Position numbers and translations under genes: made by a program. A model generated the notes under the pieces. It had not been told where the DNA came from. It saw nothing but the letters and a program-made list of their open reading frames with translations, and ran no database searches. 32,000 nt of DNA from Breznakia blatticola (lineage in GTDB: Bacteria > Bacillota_I > Bacilli_A > Erysipelotrichales > Erysipelotrichaceae), in assembly GCF_004365815.1 (NCBI RefSeq), contig NZ_SODD01000005.1, positions 45,930-77,929 on the forward strand, read 5' to 3'. Below, piece by piece: positions 14,759 to 22,891 of this stretch. Numbering within the stretch: the stretch's first letter is position 1; each line of letters opens with the position of its first letter.

Positions 14759-16081
14759 CTAGTTAAAATTATACATACTCATATAATTTGTTTGTTTTTT
14801 CTCGACATGAGTCTTCGCCATCGATAGCATTACTAGATTTGCTAACTGAACTCTCACTCTAATTGTATCTAAGTTTCGCAAATAATGATGCTCAAATCCA
14901 TAATCACAATCCAACCTTGCATTATACCTTTCAACTGCGGTACGCCCTTTATAGAGTCTTTTAAACTTCTTTGATCCTCTTGCTACTTCGTTGAATATAC
15001 GCTCATCATCTTTTAGATATAGTCGATATACTTTTCCATTATGCTCATATCTCATGGCTTTTCTTGTTTTGTCATAGCCTAAGTATTTCATAGAATCCGC
15101 TTTACCTGTTTCAGGATTTGCGTAATATATATCACCATTTTCATAGTAGTATATGTTCGTATCTTTGTATTGTGTTCCATCTTCATCTTTTCGCATTTTC
15201 CTTGCATCAACGATAGGTCTAATCCCTAACCCTCTTGCTTGATTGAATAATTCCTTTCCATCATATCCTTTATCAAGCATTAGATATTTAGGCTTGTGAC
15301 TTAACTCTTCTACCATTTCCTTCATTACCATACGTTCACTGATATTGGCTTTATCAATATGTACGTTAATTGGGAGTCCAGTTAATACATCCACAATTAC
15401 GTGCGCTCTAAACCCAAAGAAACTATGTTTTTTAATCTTTTCTTTTCCATTTTTATCTGTAATGAAATTTTCTTTAATAGATACCGATGCATCATTCTCG
15501 CTACGGCGCTCTCCATCTGCATGTTCATTTACTCGATTCGCATAACTCTGAATATATTTTCCATCTCCTGCTAACTTTTCTCCAAATCCATCCACATTCT
15601 CATAAAAATACTCTACCAGATTCTTTTGAATAGAATCTAGTTCCTCTTGATAATTTTCCAACCTTTGGTAGAATCGCGTAAAGACTGCTTCTCCAGGAAC
15701 TTTCTTTTTAATACCATCAATATAATCAATATCTCTTAACCCACATATCTTTCGCAAATCTCTATTTCGGTTTAATTCTCTTATAAATGAAGCAGTAGAA
15801 TTATGTCCTAATACAATTTTTGCGAGAGCCAGATTCAACATCACTTCATTTGGATAATCATTTCTTCCTTTTCCACGCTCACGATTCAGAGAAGTTACCA
15901 ATGTAGAAACATCTAGTCCCTTGAAACAATATTCTAAACGCAAAAAATCATCACTTACTTCAAGATCTAAACACTCAAAGATATCCATTTGAGTATGTTG
16001 CATTCGGAATTTCTTCAAAAGTGATTTTTCTTCAGGAATTAGTAACGATTTTGGTTGTTCTTGTGGTACAATTGTTTGCAT
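14759..16081 (-). CDS. IS1182/IS5-family DDE transposase
   Basis: 440 aa. The N-terminal region GKGRNDYPNEVMLNLALAKIVLGHNSTASFIRELNRNRDLRKICGL resembles the InsH/DUF772 N-terminal domain. Candidate DDE residues in GDGKY, LDKGYDG and TAVERYNARLD. Confidence 0.8.
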   Translation of the reverse strand: MQTIVPQEQPKSLLIPEEKSLLKKFRMQHTQMDIFECLDLEVSDDFLRLEYCFKGLDVSTLVTSLNRERGKGRNDYPNEVMLNLALAKIVLGHNSTASFIRELNRNRDLRKICGLRDIDYIDGIKKKVPGEAVFTRFYQRLENYQEELDSIQKNLVEYFYENVDGFGEKLAGDGKYIQSYANRVNEHADGERRSENDASVSIKENFITDKNGKEKIKKHSFFGFRAHVIVDVLTGLPINVHIDKANISERMVMKEMVEELSHKPKYLMLDKGYDGKELFNQARGLGIRPIVDARKMRKDEDGTQYKDTNIYYYENGDIYYANPETGKADSMKYLGYDKTRKAMRYEHNGKVYRLYLKDDERIFNEVARGSKKFKRLYKGRTAVERYNARLDCDYGFEHHYLRNLDTIRVRVQLANLVMLSMAKTHVEKKQTNYMSMYNFN

Positions 16082-16145
16082 AAGAGGTCTCCTGTATTAT
16101 GTATTGTTTGGTACTTATATTTTACCATGGATTGGCCTCTTATGC
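16078..16145 (-). promoter_or_regulatory. Fold-back structure able to sequester the transposase start codon
   Basis: Perfect 10-bp inverted repeat GCATAAGAGG (16078..16087) / CCTCTTATGC (16136..16145), 48 nt apart. On the mRNA strand the downstream arm contains the ATG and abuts the AGGAGA RBS. Confidence 0.5.
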
Positions 16146-16189
16146 CTTTAAATAAAGGGTTTTTGAACCTTTTTTCAATTTGATACGTA

Positions 16190-16232
16190 AAAACGATGGA
16201 TTTCACTCATTTCAGAGATAATCCATCGTTTT
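16190..16232. terminator. Strong hairpin, probable terminator for the minus-strand gene 16351..16698
   Basis: Perfect 12-bp stem AAAACGATGGAT / ATCCATCGTTTT with a 19-nt loop. T-rich on both strands. Confidence 0.5.
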
Positions 16233-16350
16233 CTTTGTGGTTTTGGTGCGAAACGAATTTCTCACGTCTCATTTCAACCTGTATTCATCGTGATTATTTA
16301 ACTAACGAATTGACTCTTTGTGAATGTTAATCTAGAAGAATTAACTATAA

Positions 16351-16698
16351 TCAAACAATATTCTCTCCAAGTATTATTTTTGGCATCGTAGTTAAACATC
16401 TTGTCCATCTTTTGTAAAACTGTTCTATTCCTAATTTTGAAACTCTTGCGTGAGTTTCTTCATTCTCAACAACCCAGTATAGTACATAGGTCACTTTACC
16501 TACATATCGTGTTAAAGGGATGGGATTTTCACCAGCTTTCACAGCATTAAAGTCTTTTTGTCGATGAGTACGCTTTATGTACTTTACATCGATAACACCT
16601 TTTTGTTGCATATAAAATTGTGCAACCTCCTTCATAAGTTGTTCAATTTCATCTTGTTTGTTGATTTTTGCTTCATATATACATATCTCATTAAACAT
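16351..16698 (-). CDS. Hypothetical protein (about 115 aa; possibly ABM/ferredoxin-like fold)
   Basis: ORF with RBS GGGAGAG upstream of the ATG at 16698 (MFNEICIYEAK). The alternating beta-alpha pattern is reminiscent of ABM-domain proteins, but no diagnostic motif was recognised. Confidence 0.5.
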   Translation of the reverse strand: MFNEICIYEAKINKQDEIEQLMKEVAQFYMQQKGVIDVKYIKRTHRQKDFNAVKAGENPIPLTRYVGKVTYVLYWVVENEETHARVSKLGIEQFYKRWTRCLTTMPKIILGENIV

Positions 16699-16848
16699 AG
16701 TTTCTCTCCCTTCAAATAACAATCATTAAATATATTATAAAGCGCAGTAAATCTTATAGCAACATGGAACATATTGTACATTATGTCATTGAAGAGTTTC
16801 ATTCAGTAATCTCTAATTTTGTTAGAAATTTTAGGTTATACTTTGATT

Positions 16849-17205
16849 TTAGTTGCAAAATTCAACAACAATACCTGCAGGGACAGTGATTCTAAAGTTT
16901 GTAGGCATTGGCCCTTTGCCGTGAATCGGATCAGGTTGATATCCAAGTTCCATTGCTTTCTGATGTAAGGTAGATAAACTGCCTTCATAAGCAAATGCGA
17001 TTACCATACCTTCACCAGTAAAAACAGATCCGTTTTTAAACTGAATGAGTTCAATCATGGTTTCACCCTTTTGATTTGCAAGAAAAACGATTTCTCCTAT
17101 TGGTGAACTGATTGTAAACTGTACAGATAAACCAACAAGTTTTGTATAGAATGTTATAGATTCCTCTATATCAGGGACAAGAAATGTAATGTGTTTTAGT
17201 TTCAT
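16849..17205 (-). CDS. VOC family protein (glyoxalase/bleomycin-resistance/dioxygenase fold)
   Basis: MKLKHITFLVPDIEESITFYTKLVGL is the classic VOC N-terminal beta-alpha-beta motif. GGAGGT lies 5 nt upstream of the ATG at 17205. Confidence 0.8.
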   Translation of the reverse strand: MKLKHITFLVPDIEESITFYTKLVGLSVQFTISSPIGEIVFLANQKGETMIELIQFKNGSVFTGEGMVIAFAYEGSLSTLHQKAMELGYQPDPIHGKGPMPTNFRITVPAGIVVEFCN

Positions 17206-17384
17206 AATTACCTCCATGGTTGTTGTGATGATTGCAATGTAGATGTTGTGCTTTGTACATCAGAAATAGGAATAATAGATGTTTTGTATACATCTTGCCA
17301 AATAAATTAGCATACAAAAGCACTAAGTGTATATGCAACAGGAAATGCTAACCAAACGAATTCGACTTGTCCGCTTAAGGATAA

Positions 17385-17885
17385 GAAATACACAAGTGGT
17401 ACAATCAATATGTCGTTGTTGATAAAACGACCGGTCATGAATATATGATGCGCTACTTGAATAAATCAAGTCGCGATCAAGGAAGAACACCCATGCAGTG
17501 GAATACAGAGATACATGCAGGATTTTCAACCGCAGAACCATGGTTGAAAGTAAATGATAATTATTCACAAATCAATGCAGAAAATCAAATGCAGGATGAA
17601 AACTCCATTTTCAATTACTATCGAAAACTAATTCAATTTCTAAAAGAAAGTGATATAATTGCATATGGCTCATATGTAGAATACTGTGCAGATCATCCAA
17701 GTATTTACGTATATGAACGTGCATATAAAAATGAGAAAATCTTTGTGCTATGTAATTTCAGTGCAAATGAAATTACATATGATCCATCTTTATTCCCAAA
17801 AGAGAAACATACGATTTTAGCAAACTACAAAGATCAAAAAGGTGGTATCCTTCGTGCATATGAAGCAATTGTATGGAAAGCATAG
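17385..17885 (+). pseudogene. Orphan 3' fragment of a GH13 oligo-1,6-glucosidase/alpha-glucosidase gene
   Basis: Translation SRDQGRTPMQWNTEIHAGFSTAEPWLKVNDNYSQINAENQMQDENSIFNYYRKLIQF plus the C-terminal beta-domain matches only the last roughly 165 aa of about 550-aa oligo-1,6-glucosidases. In-frame stops at 17376 and 17382. No RBS and no catalytic domain. Confidence 0.75.
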
Positions 17886-17947
17886 AGAAAGGGCAAGACG
17901 AGTTTTGATAACTTGTTTTGCCTTTTTGCAACTCATAATATTTGAAT

Positions 17948-18805
17948 TTATTGATTTTTTCTAGCATGAATGAGATTTATGAACATATCTACAGCTTCAG
18001 GTGTTTGATGGTTAAAAAATAAACTTTCATTGGTATCGAGTGTACTGATTGTATGCATATCATCATCGGATAGGACAAAATCAAAAATATCAATATTTTC
18101 TTTCATTCGTTCTTTATGTACTGATTTTGCTAAAGTCACGACGTTTCTTTGAATTAACCAACGTAAGATGACTTGGGCAATACTTTTTCCATATTTCTTT
18201 GCGATTGTTTCTAAAGTTTCGTTTGTAAATATATCATTTTTTCCTTCACCAAAAGGTGCCCAAGCTTCTATTTGCACATTGTTTTTTATCATGTTGGATT
18301 GTGCATCGACTTGTTGGTGAAAAGGGTTTACCTCAACTTGATTCACTTGTGGTATCACCTGATTAAAAGCACAAATATCAGAAAGTCGATCTGGATAAAA
18401 GTTACTAACTCCAATTGCTCGGACCTTTTTCTGTGCATATAAATCCTCTAACGCACGATACGATCCATAATAATCACTAAAAGGTTGATGTAATAAGATA
18501 AGATCAATATAATCAATCTTTAGTTTCTTCATTGACTCATGAACGGATGCGATTGTCCTTTCATATCCGTAATTATCAATCCAGACTTTTGTAGTGATGA
18601 ATAATTCTTCTCTTGGAATACCACATTCTTGAATTGCTTGTCCAACTTCTTCTTCGTTGAAGTACGCTTGTGCTGTATCAATTGAGCGATATCCAACTTG
18701 AATTGCATCTAGTACTGCTTGTTTTGTTTCTTCTTTAGAAATCTGAAATACTCCAAAACCTAATATTGGCATTTTCACACCATTGTTTAATTCTACATAG
18801 TTCAT
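17948..18805 (-). CDS. Aldo/keto reductase (YtbE/DkgA-like, 285 aa)
   Basis: MNYVELNNGVKMPILGFGVFQ, SIDTAQAY, LFITTKVW, LLHQP, IGVSNF and IEAWAPF motifs. RBS AAGGAGGT. Confidence 0.9.
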   Translation of the reverse strand: MNYVELNNGVKMPILGFGVFQISKEETKQAVLDAIQVGYRSIDTAQAYFNEEEVGQAIQECGIPREELFITTKVWIDNYGYERTIASVHESMKKLKIDYIDLILLHQPFSDYYGSYRALEDLYAQKKVRAIGVSNFYPDRLSDICAFNQVIPQVNQVEVNPFHQQVDAQSNMIKNNVQIEAWAPFGEGKNDIFTNETLETIAKKYGKSIAQVILRWLIQRNVVTLAKSVHKERMKENIDIFDFVLSDDDMHTISTLDTNESLFFNHQTPEAVDMFINLIHARKNQ

Positions 18806-18816
18806 CTTATACCTCC

Positions 18817-18845
18817 TTGACGATTATCGTTTGATTCGATATATT
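18817..18845 (+). promoter_or_regulatory. Candidate sigma-A promoter of the merR-family gene
   Basis: TTGACG (18817..18822), 17-nt spacer, TATATT (18840..18845). Back-to-back with the reductase promoter, so the transcript would run through the operator dyad. Confidence 0.4.
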
Positions 18846-18846
18846 T

Positions 18847-18877
18847 ACTATATATTCCGGTAGTTACAACCGGTCAA
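18847..18877 (-). promoter_or_regulatory. MerR-type promoter (19-bp spacer with operator dyad) driving the 17948..18805 reductase
   Basis: Minus strand reads TTGACC-GGTTGTAACTACCGGAATA-TATAGT. The 19-nt spacer contains the dyad CCGGTTG-N3-CTACCGG. Confidence 0.6.
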
Positions 18878-18897
18878 GAAGGAAATGAGGGAAATAT

Positions 18898-19287
18898 ATG
18901 TACACAATGAAAGAAACTTGTCAAAAGGTTGGTATGACTTATGAAGCATTAAAATTCTATTGCAATCAGGGTTTAGTACCAAATGTAAAAAGAAACGAGA
19001 ATAATCATAGAGTATTTGATGATAAAGATGTTGCCTGGATATCAAATCTATCATGCTTGAAGGAATGTGGAATGACCATTCAGGAAATGAAAGAGTATGT
19101 GGAGTTATGTCTTGAAGGTGAGAAATCAATTCCAGTACGAAAAGTAATTTTGGATGATAAACGAAGAGAATTAATGCAGAAGTTAGAAGCAATTGAAGAA
19201 AATATTGCATTTATTGATACAAAACAAAAGTTTTATGATGATGTACTTGATGGAAAGATTGAATATGTAAGCAACTTAAAAAAATAG
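18898..19287 (+). CDS. MerR-family transcriptional regulator, AdhR/NmlR-like
   Basis: N-terminal wHTH (VGMTYEALKFYCNQGLVP...HRVFDDKDV), the segment LSCLKECGMTIQEMKEY with a Cys at the position I recall as Cys52 of B. subtilis AdhR, and a C-terminal coiled coil. Confidence 0.85.
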   Translation: MYTMKETCQKVGMTYEALKFYCNQGLVPNVKRNENNHRVFDDKDVAWISNLSCLKECGMTIQEMKEYVELCLEGEKSIPVRKVILDDKRRELMQKLEAIEENIAFIDTKQKFYDDVLDGKIEYVSNLKK

Positions 19288-19310
19288 AAAAGTTGCTTTT
19301 TCTTTTTGAT
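19269..19310 (+). terminator. Terminator at the 3' end of the merR-family gene
   Basis: AAGCAACTT (19269..19277) / AAGTTGCTT (19290..19298); the 12-nt loop contains the stop codon, followed by TTTCTTTTTGATTTT. Confidence 0.55.
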
Positions 19311-19315
19311 TTTGC

Positions 19316-19346
19316 TTGACCGGTTGTTGCAACCGGGTGCTAGAGT
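19316..19346 (+). promoter_or_regulatory. MerR-type promoter (19-bp spacer with operator dyad) driving the 19369..20334 reductase
   Basis: TTGACC-GGTTGTTGCAACCGGGTGC-TAGAGT with the perfect dyad CCGGTTG-N3-CAACCGG. The first 12 nt are identical to the module at 18877..18847. Confidence 0.65.
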
Positions 19347-19368
19347 GAGTGTAGAAAAGGAGATTCAA

Positions 19369-20334
19369 ATGGAATATTTTACAATTGGAAATTCAAATAA
19401 AGAAATATCAAAATTATGTTTAGGTTGCATGACTTTTGGTGATGTTGAAAGTGGATTTCATAGTTGGACATTAAACTATGAAGACTCTAAGGACATGATA
19501 AAACATGCATTGGATTTAGGAATCAATTTCTTTGATACTGCAAATGTATATTCAAAAGGAACAAGTGAAGTATACTTGGGAAAAGCATTAAAAGAACTGA
19601 ATGTTGATAGAAAAAAGGTGTTTATTGCTACTAAAGTGTATTTTAATGATGGAAAACTCTCAAGAGAAGCAATCCTTCGAGAAGTTGATTTATCTTTAAA
19701 AAGACTTGAGATGGAATATCTTGATTTATATATCATTCATCGTTTTGATAAGGATACACCTATGGAGGAAACGATGGAAGCTTTAAATGAATTAGTTACA
19801 TCAGGAAAAGTGAGACATATAGGAGCAAGTGCAATGTATGGATATCAATTCCATAATATGCAAGAAATTGCAGAAAAGAATGGATGGGCAAAATTTGAAA
19901 CGATGCAAAATCATTACAATATGATCTATCGTGAGGATGAGCGAGAACTTATTCCTGTGTGTAAGCAGTACGGGACTTTGTTGACTCCATATAGTCCATT
20001 AGCAGCAGGACGTTTAGCACGTAGTGAATGGCATACAAACACATTACGAAGTAAAACAGATGAAACTGCAGTAGGTAAATATGATGCATTTGAAGAAGCT
20101 GATAAAAAGATTGTTCAAAGAGTTATTGAATTATCAAAAACGCATCATTGTACTATGACACAGATTTCATTAGCTTACTTATATGCAAAAGGTGTATCTG
20201 CACCAATCATTGGAGCAAGTAAGGAAAAATATATAGATGATGCCGTAGGTGTCTTTGATGTTAAATTAACTCCTGAAGAGATTGCATACTTAGATGAATT
20301 GTATGTGCCTCATAATGTAGTAGGTGCGCTATAA
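19369..20334 (+). CDS. Aldo/keto reductase (Tas/YhdN-like, 321 aa)
   Basis: LGCMTFG, NFFDTANVYS, IATKV, DLYIIHRFD, IGASAM and TPYSPLAAGRL motifs. The ATG at 19369 follows AAGGAG; the tracked TTG at 19306 would run through the promoter. Confidence 0.9.
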   Translation: MEYFTIGNSNKEISKLCLGCMTFGDVESGFHSWTLNYEDSKDMIKHALDLGINFFDTANVYSKGTSEVYLGKALKELNVDRKKVFIATKVYFNDGKLSREAILREVDLSLKRLEMEYLDLYIIHRFDKDTPMEETMEALNELVTSGKVRHIGASAMYGYQFHNMQEIAEKNGWAKFETMQNHYNMIYREDERELIPVCKQYGTLLTPYSPLAAGRLARSEWHTNTLRSKTDETAVGKYDAFEEADKKIVQRVIELSKTHHCTMTQISLAYLYAKGVSAPIIGASKEKYIDDAVGVFDVKLTPEEIAYLDELYVPHNVVGAL

Positions 20335-20373
20335 AATATTCGTAAACACATGATTCTGTGATATATTAAATGT

Positions 20374-21135
20374 ATGAATAACAAGAAGCAATTAGATGTA
20401 TTCCAAACTGCGAAATACAGATTTTATTTTGTTGTAGGTATACTATGCATAGTGAATACCATTTTGTCGTTTAACTTATTTACCATTTTATTGGGACTGG
20501 GTGGTATCGCCTTAGTATTGTATGCATATACCTGCTTACACAAACAAAAAAATATACTTAAAGATTTACCAAAGCCATTTCAATACATATGTCGAATGGT
20601 TGTTGTATGTTTTATGGTAAGTTTTCTATGTATTGAATCACTTGTAATCTATCAAGGAATGCAAACAGATGATATAAAAACGGATTATATTGTCGTACTA
20701 GGAGCAGCGATTAAGAACGATCAACCAAGTACTGCACTTCGCTATCGTCTAGATGAAGCTTATGAGCAATATAAAAAGAATCCAAGTGCGAAGATTATTT
20801 GCAGTGGTGGTAAGGCAAAAAATGATGCATATAGTGAAGCAAAAGTAATGCAAATGTATCTAGTGAAACAAGGTGTTCCAAAAAGTAGCATTTTGCTTGA
20901 AGAGAAATCTAAGAATACTTCACAAAACTTACAATACTCGTATGATCTAGTTCATGATGCGAATGCAACATTTCTAATTGTGACAAACAATTTCCATGCA
21001 TATCGAGCAAGTATTCTTGCTAGTAAAATTGGAATGCATGCGTATAGTGCACCATCGCAAAAACTCATAAACGGTTTTACTGCCAATTATATACGAGAAT
21101 ATTTCTCCGTCATAAAATCGGTTATATTAGATTAA
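20374..21135 (+). CDS. YdcF/ElyC-family (DUF218) membrane-anchored protein
   Basis: N-terminal TM segments, then YIVVLGAAIKNDQPSTALRYRLDEA...IICSGG...SEAKVMQMYLVKQGVP...EEKSKNTSQNL...LIVTNNFHAYRA, the DUF218 pattern. Confidence 0.75.
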   Translation: MNNKKQLDVFQTAKYRFYFVVGILCIVNTILSFNLFTILLGLGGIALVLYAYTCLHKQKNILKDLPKPFQYICRMVVVCFMVSFLCIESLVIYQGMQTDDIKTDYIVVLGAAIKNDQPSTALRYRLDEAYEQYKKNPSAKIICSGGKAKNDAYSEAKVMQMYLVKQGVPKSSILLEEKSKNTSQNLQYSYDLVHDANATFLIVTNNFHAYRASILASKIGMHAYSAPSQKLINGFTANYIREYFSVIKSVILD

Positions 21136-21170
21136 AAAACCAAAACCCTTGAAATTGGGTTTTGGTTTTT
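21134..21170. terminator. Bidirectional rho-independent terminator between convergent genes
   Basis: AAAAAA-CCAAAACCC-TTGAAATT-GGGTTTTGG-TTTTT: a perfect 9-bp stem flanked by an A-run and a T-run. Confidence 0.75.
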
Positions 21171-21173
21171 ATG

Positions 21174-22265
21174 TTATACGATACGGTTTGTTGTTTCTGC
21201 GTCGTAAAAGTGGATTTTACTTAAGTCAAATGAGATTTTAATATCGCTATGTGCTTTAATTCCTAAGCGAGTAGCTACTTTAGCAATTACGCTTTCTCCA
21301 TTAATGAGACCATGTAAAATACTTTCGTGTCCAAGTAACTCACTGATATCCACGTGGAAGTCAAATTGTGTACTTGGATATGTATCTGCTACGATATTAT
21401 CACAGTAAATATCTTCTGGACGAACACCCATAATAACTTCTTTACCGTTGTATGGTTCTAAGTCTTTGACCATACTGTCGAGAACTTCTATTTTGTGATC
21501 ACCGAAGGTAAAGTGTTTGTCTTCATAAGTTCCGGTTAAGAAGTTAGTTGCTGGTGCTCCAATAAATCCTGCGACAAATATATTAGCAGGGTTACTGTAA
21601 ATTTCTTTAGGCGTTCCAATTTGTTGAATGTATCCATCCTTCATTACAACAATACGAGTTGCCATTGTCATGGCTTCTGTTTGGTCGTGGGTAACATAGA
21701 CTGTGGTTGCATCTACGCGTTCGTGTAGTTTAATAATTTCTGAACGCATTTGCACACGTAATTTTGCATCTAAGTTACTTAAAGGTTCATCCATTAAGAA
21801 TACTTTTGGATTTCGAACAATTGCACGACCTAGAGCGACACGTTGTCGTTGTCCACCTGAAAGTGCTTTTGGTTTACGATTTAAGTACTCTGTTAAACCA
21901 AGAATTTCTGCTGCATGGTTTACTCTTTTTTTGATTTCTTCTTTGTCCATTTTTTGAAGTTTTAAGGCGAATGACATATTGTCAAACACACTCATGTGCG
22001 GATATAGTGCATACGATTGGAATACCATTGCAATGTCGCGATCTTTTGGTTCAACGTTATTCACCAACTTTTCATCAATGTATAAATTACCTGATGTAAT
22101 TTCTTCAAGTCCTGCAATCATTCGAATCGTTGTACTTTTTCCACATCCTGAAGGTCCAACGAATACGATGAACTCGTTGTCTTCAATTTCTAAATTGAAA
22201 TCGAATACTGCTTGTACGTTATTATCATAAATTTTATTAATGTTTTCTAGTTTTAATGTTGCCAT
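21174..22265 (-). CDS. msmK: Sugar ABC transporter ATP-binding protein (MsmK/MalK/UgpC type)
   Basis: GPSGCGKST, LSGGQRQRVA, FLMDEPLSNLDAKLR and a C-terminal MalK-type regulatory domain. The only ATPase available in this window for the MalEFG-like permeases. Confidence 0.9.
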   Translation of the reverse strand: MATLKLENINKIYDNNVQAVFDFNLEIEDNEFIVFVGPSGCGKSTTIRMIAGLEEITSGNLYIDEKLVNNVEPKDRDIAMVFQSYALYPHMSVFDNMSFALKLQKMDKEEIKKRVNHAAEILGLTEYLNRKPKALSGGQRQRVALGRAIVRNPKVFLMDEPLSNLDAKLRVQMRSEIIKLHERVDATTVYVTHDQTEAMTMATRIVVMKDGYIQQIGTPKEIYSNPANIFVAGFIGAPATNFLTGTYEDKHFTFGDHKIEVLDSMVKDLEPYNGKEVIMGVRPEDIYCDNIVADTYPSTQFDFHVDISELLGHESILHGLINGESVIAKVATRLGIKAHSDIKISFDLSKIHFYDAETTNRIV

Positions 22266-22330
22266 ATTATGTATCTCCTATGTACTTTTATTATAACTTT
22301 AACAATGGAGAACGACTATGTGCACAGTGA

Positions 22331-22876
22331 CTAAATTTTTAAAGCAACAAGCAAATATGCCAGCGCATGGATACTTTTTGCTTCGTTGAGTTCTAAATCA
22401 AAGTGCTGTTCCAGCTTATGTAAACGATATGTCATCGTATTGCGGTGTACATAGAGTTCTTTTGCGCTTTTCATCGTATTTCCATTATTTTTGATGTATG
22501 TATGTAAGGTATTTCGCTCTTCGTAATCCAATTGTATGATTTTATTTCTCATCATGTTACATAAGGCCTCATCCTGTTGAAAAACAAGGCAATGAAACAA
22601 ATAATCAGAAATTCCATAACTTCCTAGTGGCTGTTGTTTTAAGAACGTTAGCACACTAGTTGAATCAAAGGGGTGGCTTGTATTCGTAAACAAGATTTTT
22701 ACATTGATTGAAAAATCAAGAACCAAGTTACTGACCAGTGTCTTTGGATCATCAATGAAGGAACTGCGAAGGATTAGTAGCGCATGCTCCGCAGTTCCAA
22801 TTCTTTGACAATCATATAGAGATAAAAGGGCTTCTTCCACAAATTTTTGATTTGGGTAAATATAAAGTGTTGTCAT
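22331..22876 (-). CDS. Short PucR/CdaR-type HTH regulator (181 aa)
   Basis: The C-terminus SAKELYVHRNTMTYRLHKLEQHFDLEL is the PucR C-terminal HTH signature. The N-terminal roughly 120 aa are unassigned. Confidence 0.7.
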   Translation of the reverse strand: MTTLYIYPNQKFVEEALLSLYDCQRIGTAEHALLILRSSFIDDPKTLVSNLVLDFSINVKILFTNTSHPFDSTSVLTFLKQQPLGSYGISDYLFHCLVFQQDEALCNMMRNKIIQLDYEERNTLHTYIKNNGNTMKSAKELYVHRNTMTYRLHKLEQHFDLELNEAKSIHALAYLLVALKI

Positions 22877-22891
22877 AACACAAGTATATCG

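Larger units (their letters stand above)
14730..16180 (-). mobile_element. IS1182/IS5-like insertion sequence (ends not resolved)
   Basis: Single transposase ORF in AT-rich DNA beside the GC-rich element. I could not identify convincing terminal inverted repeats, so the boundaries are guesses. Confidence 0.45.

Noticed and set aside
14700-16200. Terminal inverted repeats and target duplication for the IS1182/IS5-like element.
   Set aside because: Only weak, gapped similarity was seen between the candidate ends (around 14725..14760 and 16146..16180). I do not consider it reliable, so only approximate boundaries are reported.
17323-17568. 81-aa minus-strand ORF overlapping the GH13 fragment breakpoint.
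   Set aside because: It is antisense to the recognisable GH13 C-terminal coding sequence and has no RBS or motif.
18848-19210. 120-aa minus-strand ORF opposite the MerR-family gene.
   Set aside because: The plus-strand frame has a clear MerR wHTH and an RBS. The antisense frame has no features.
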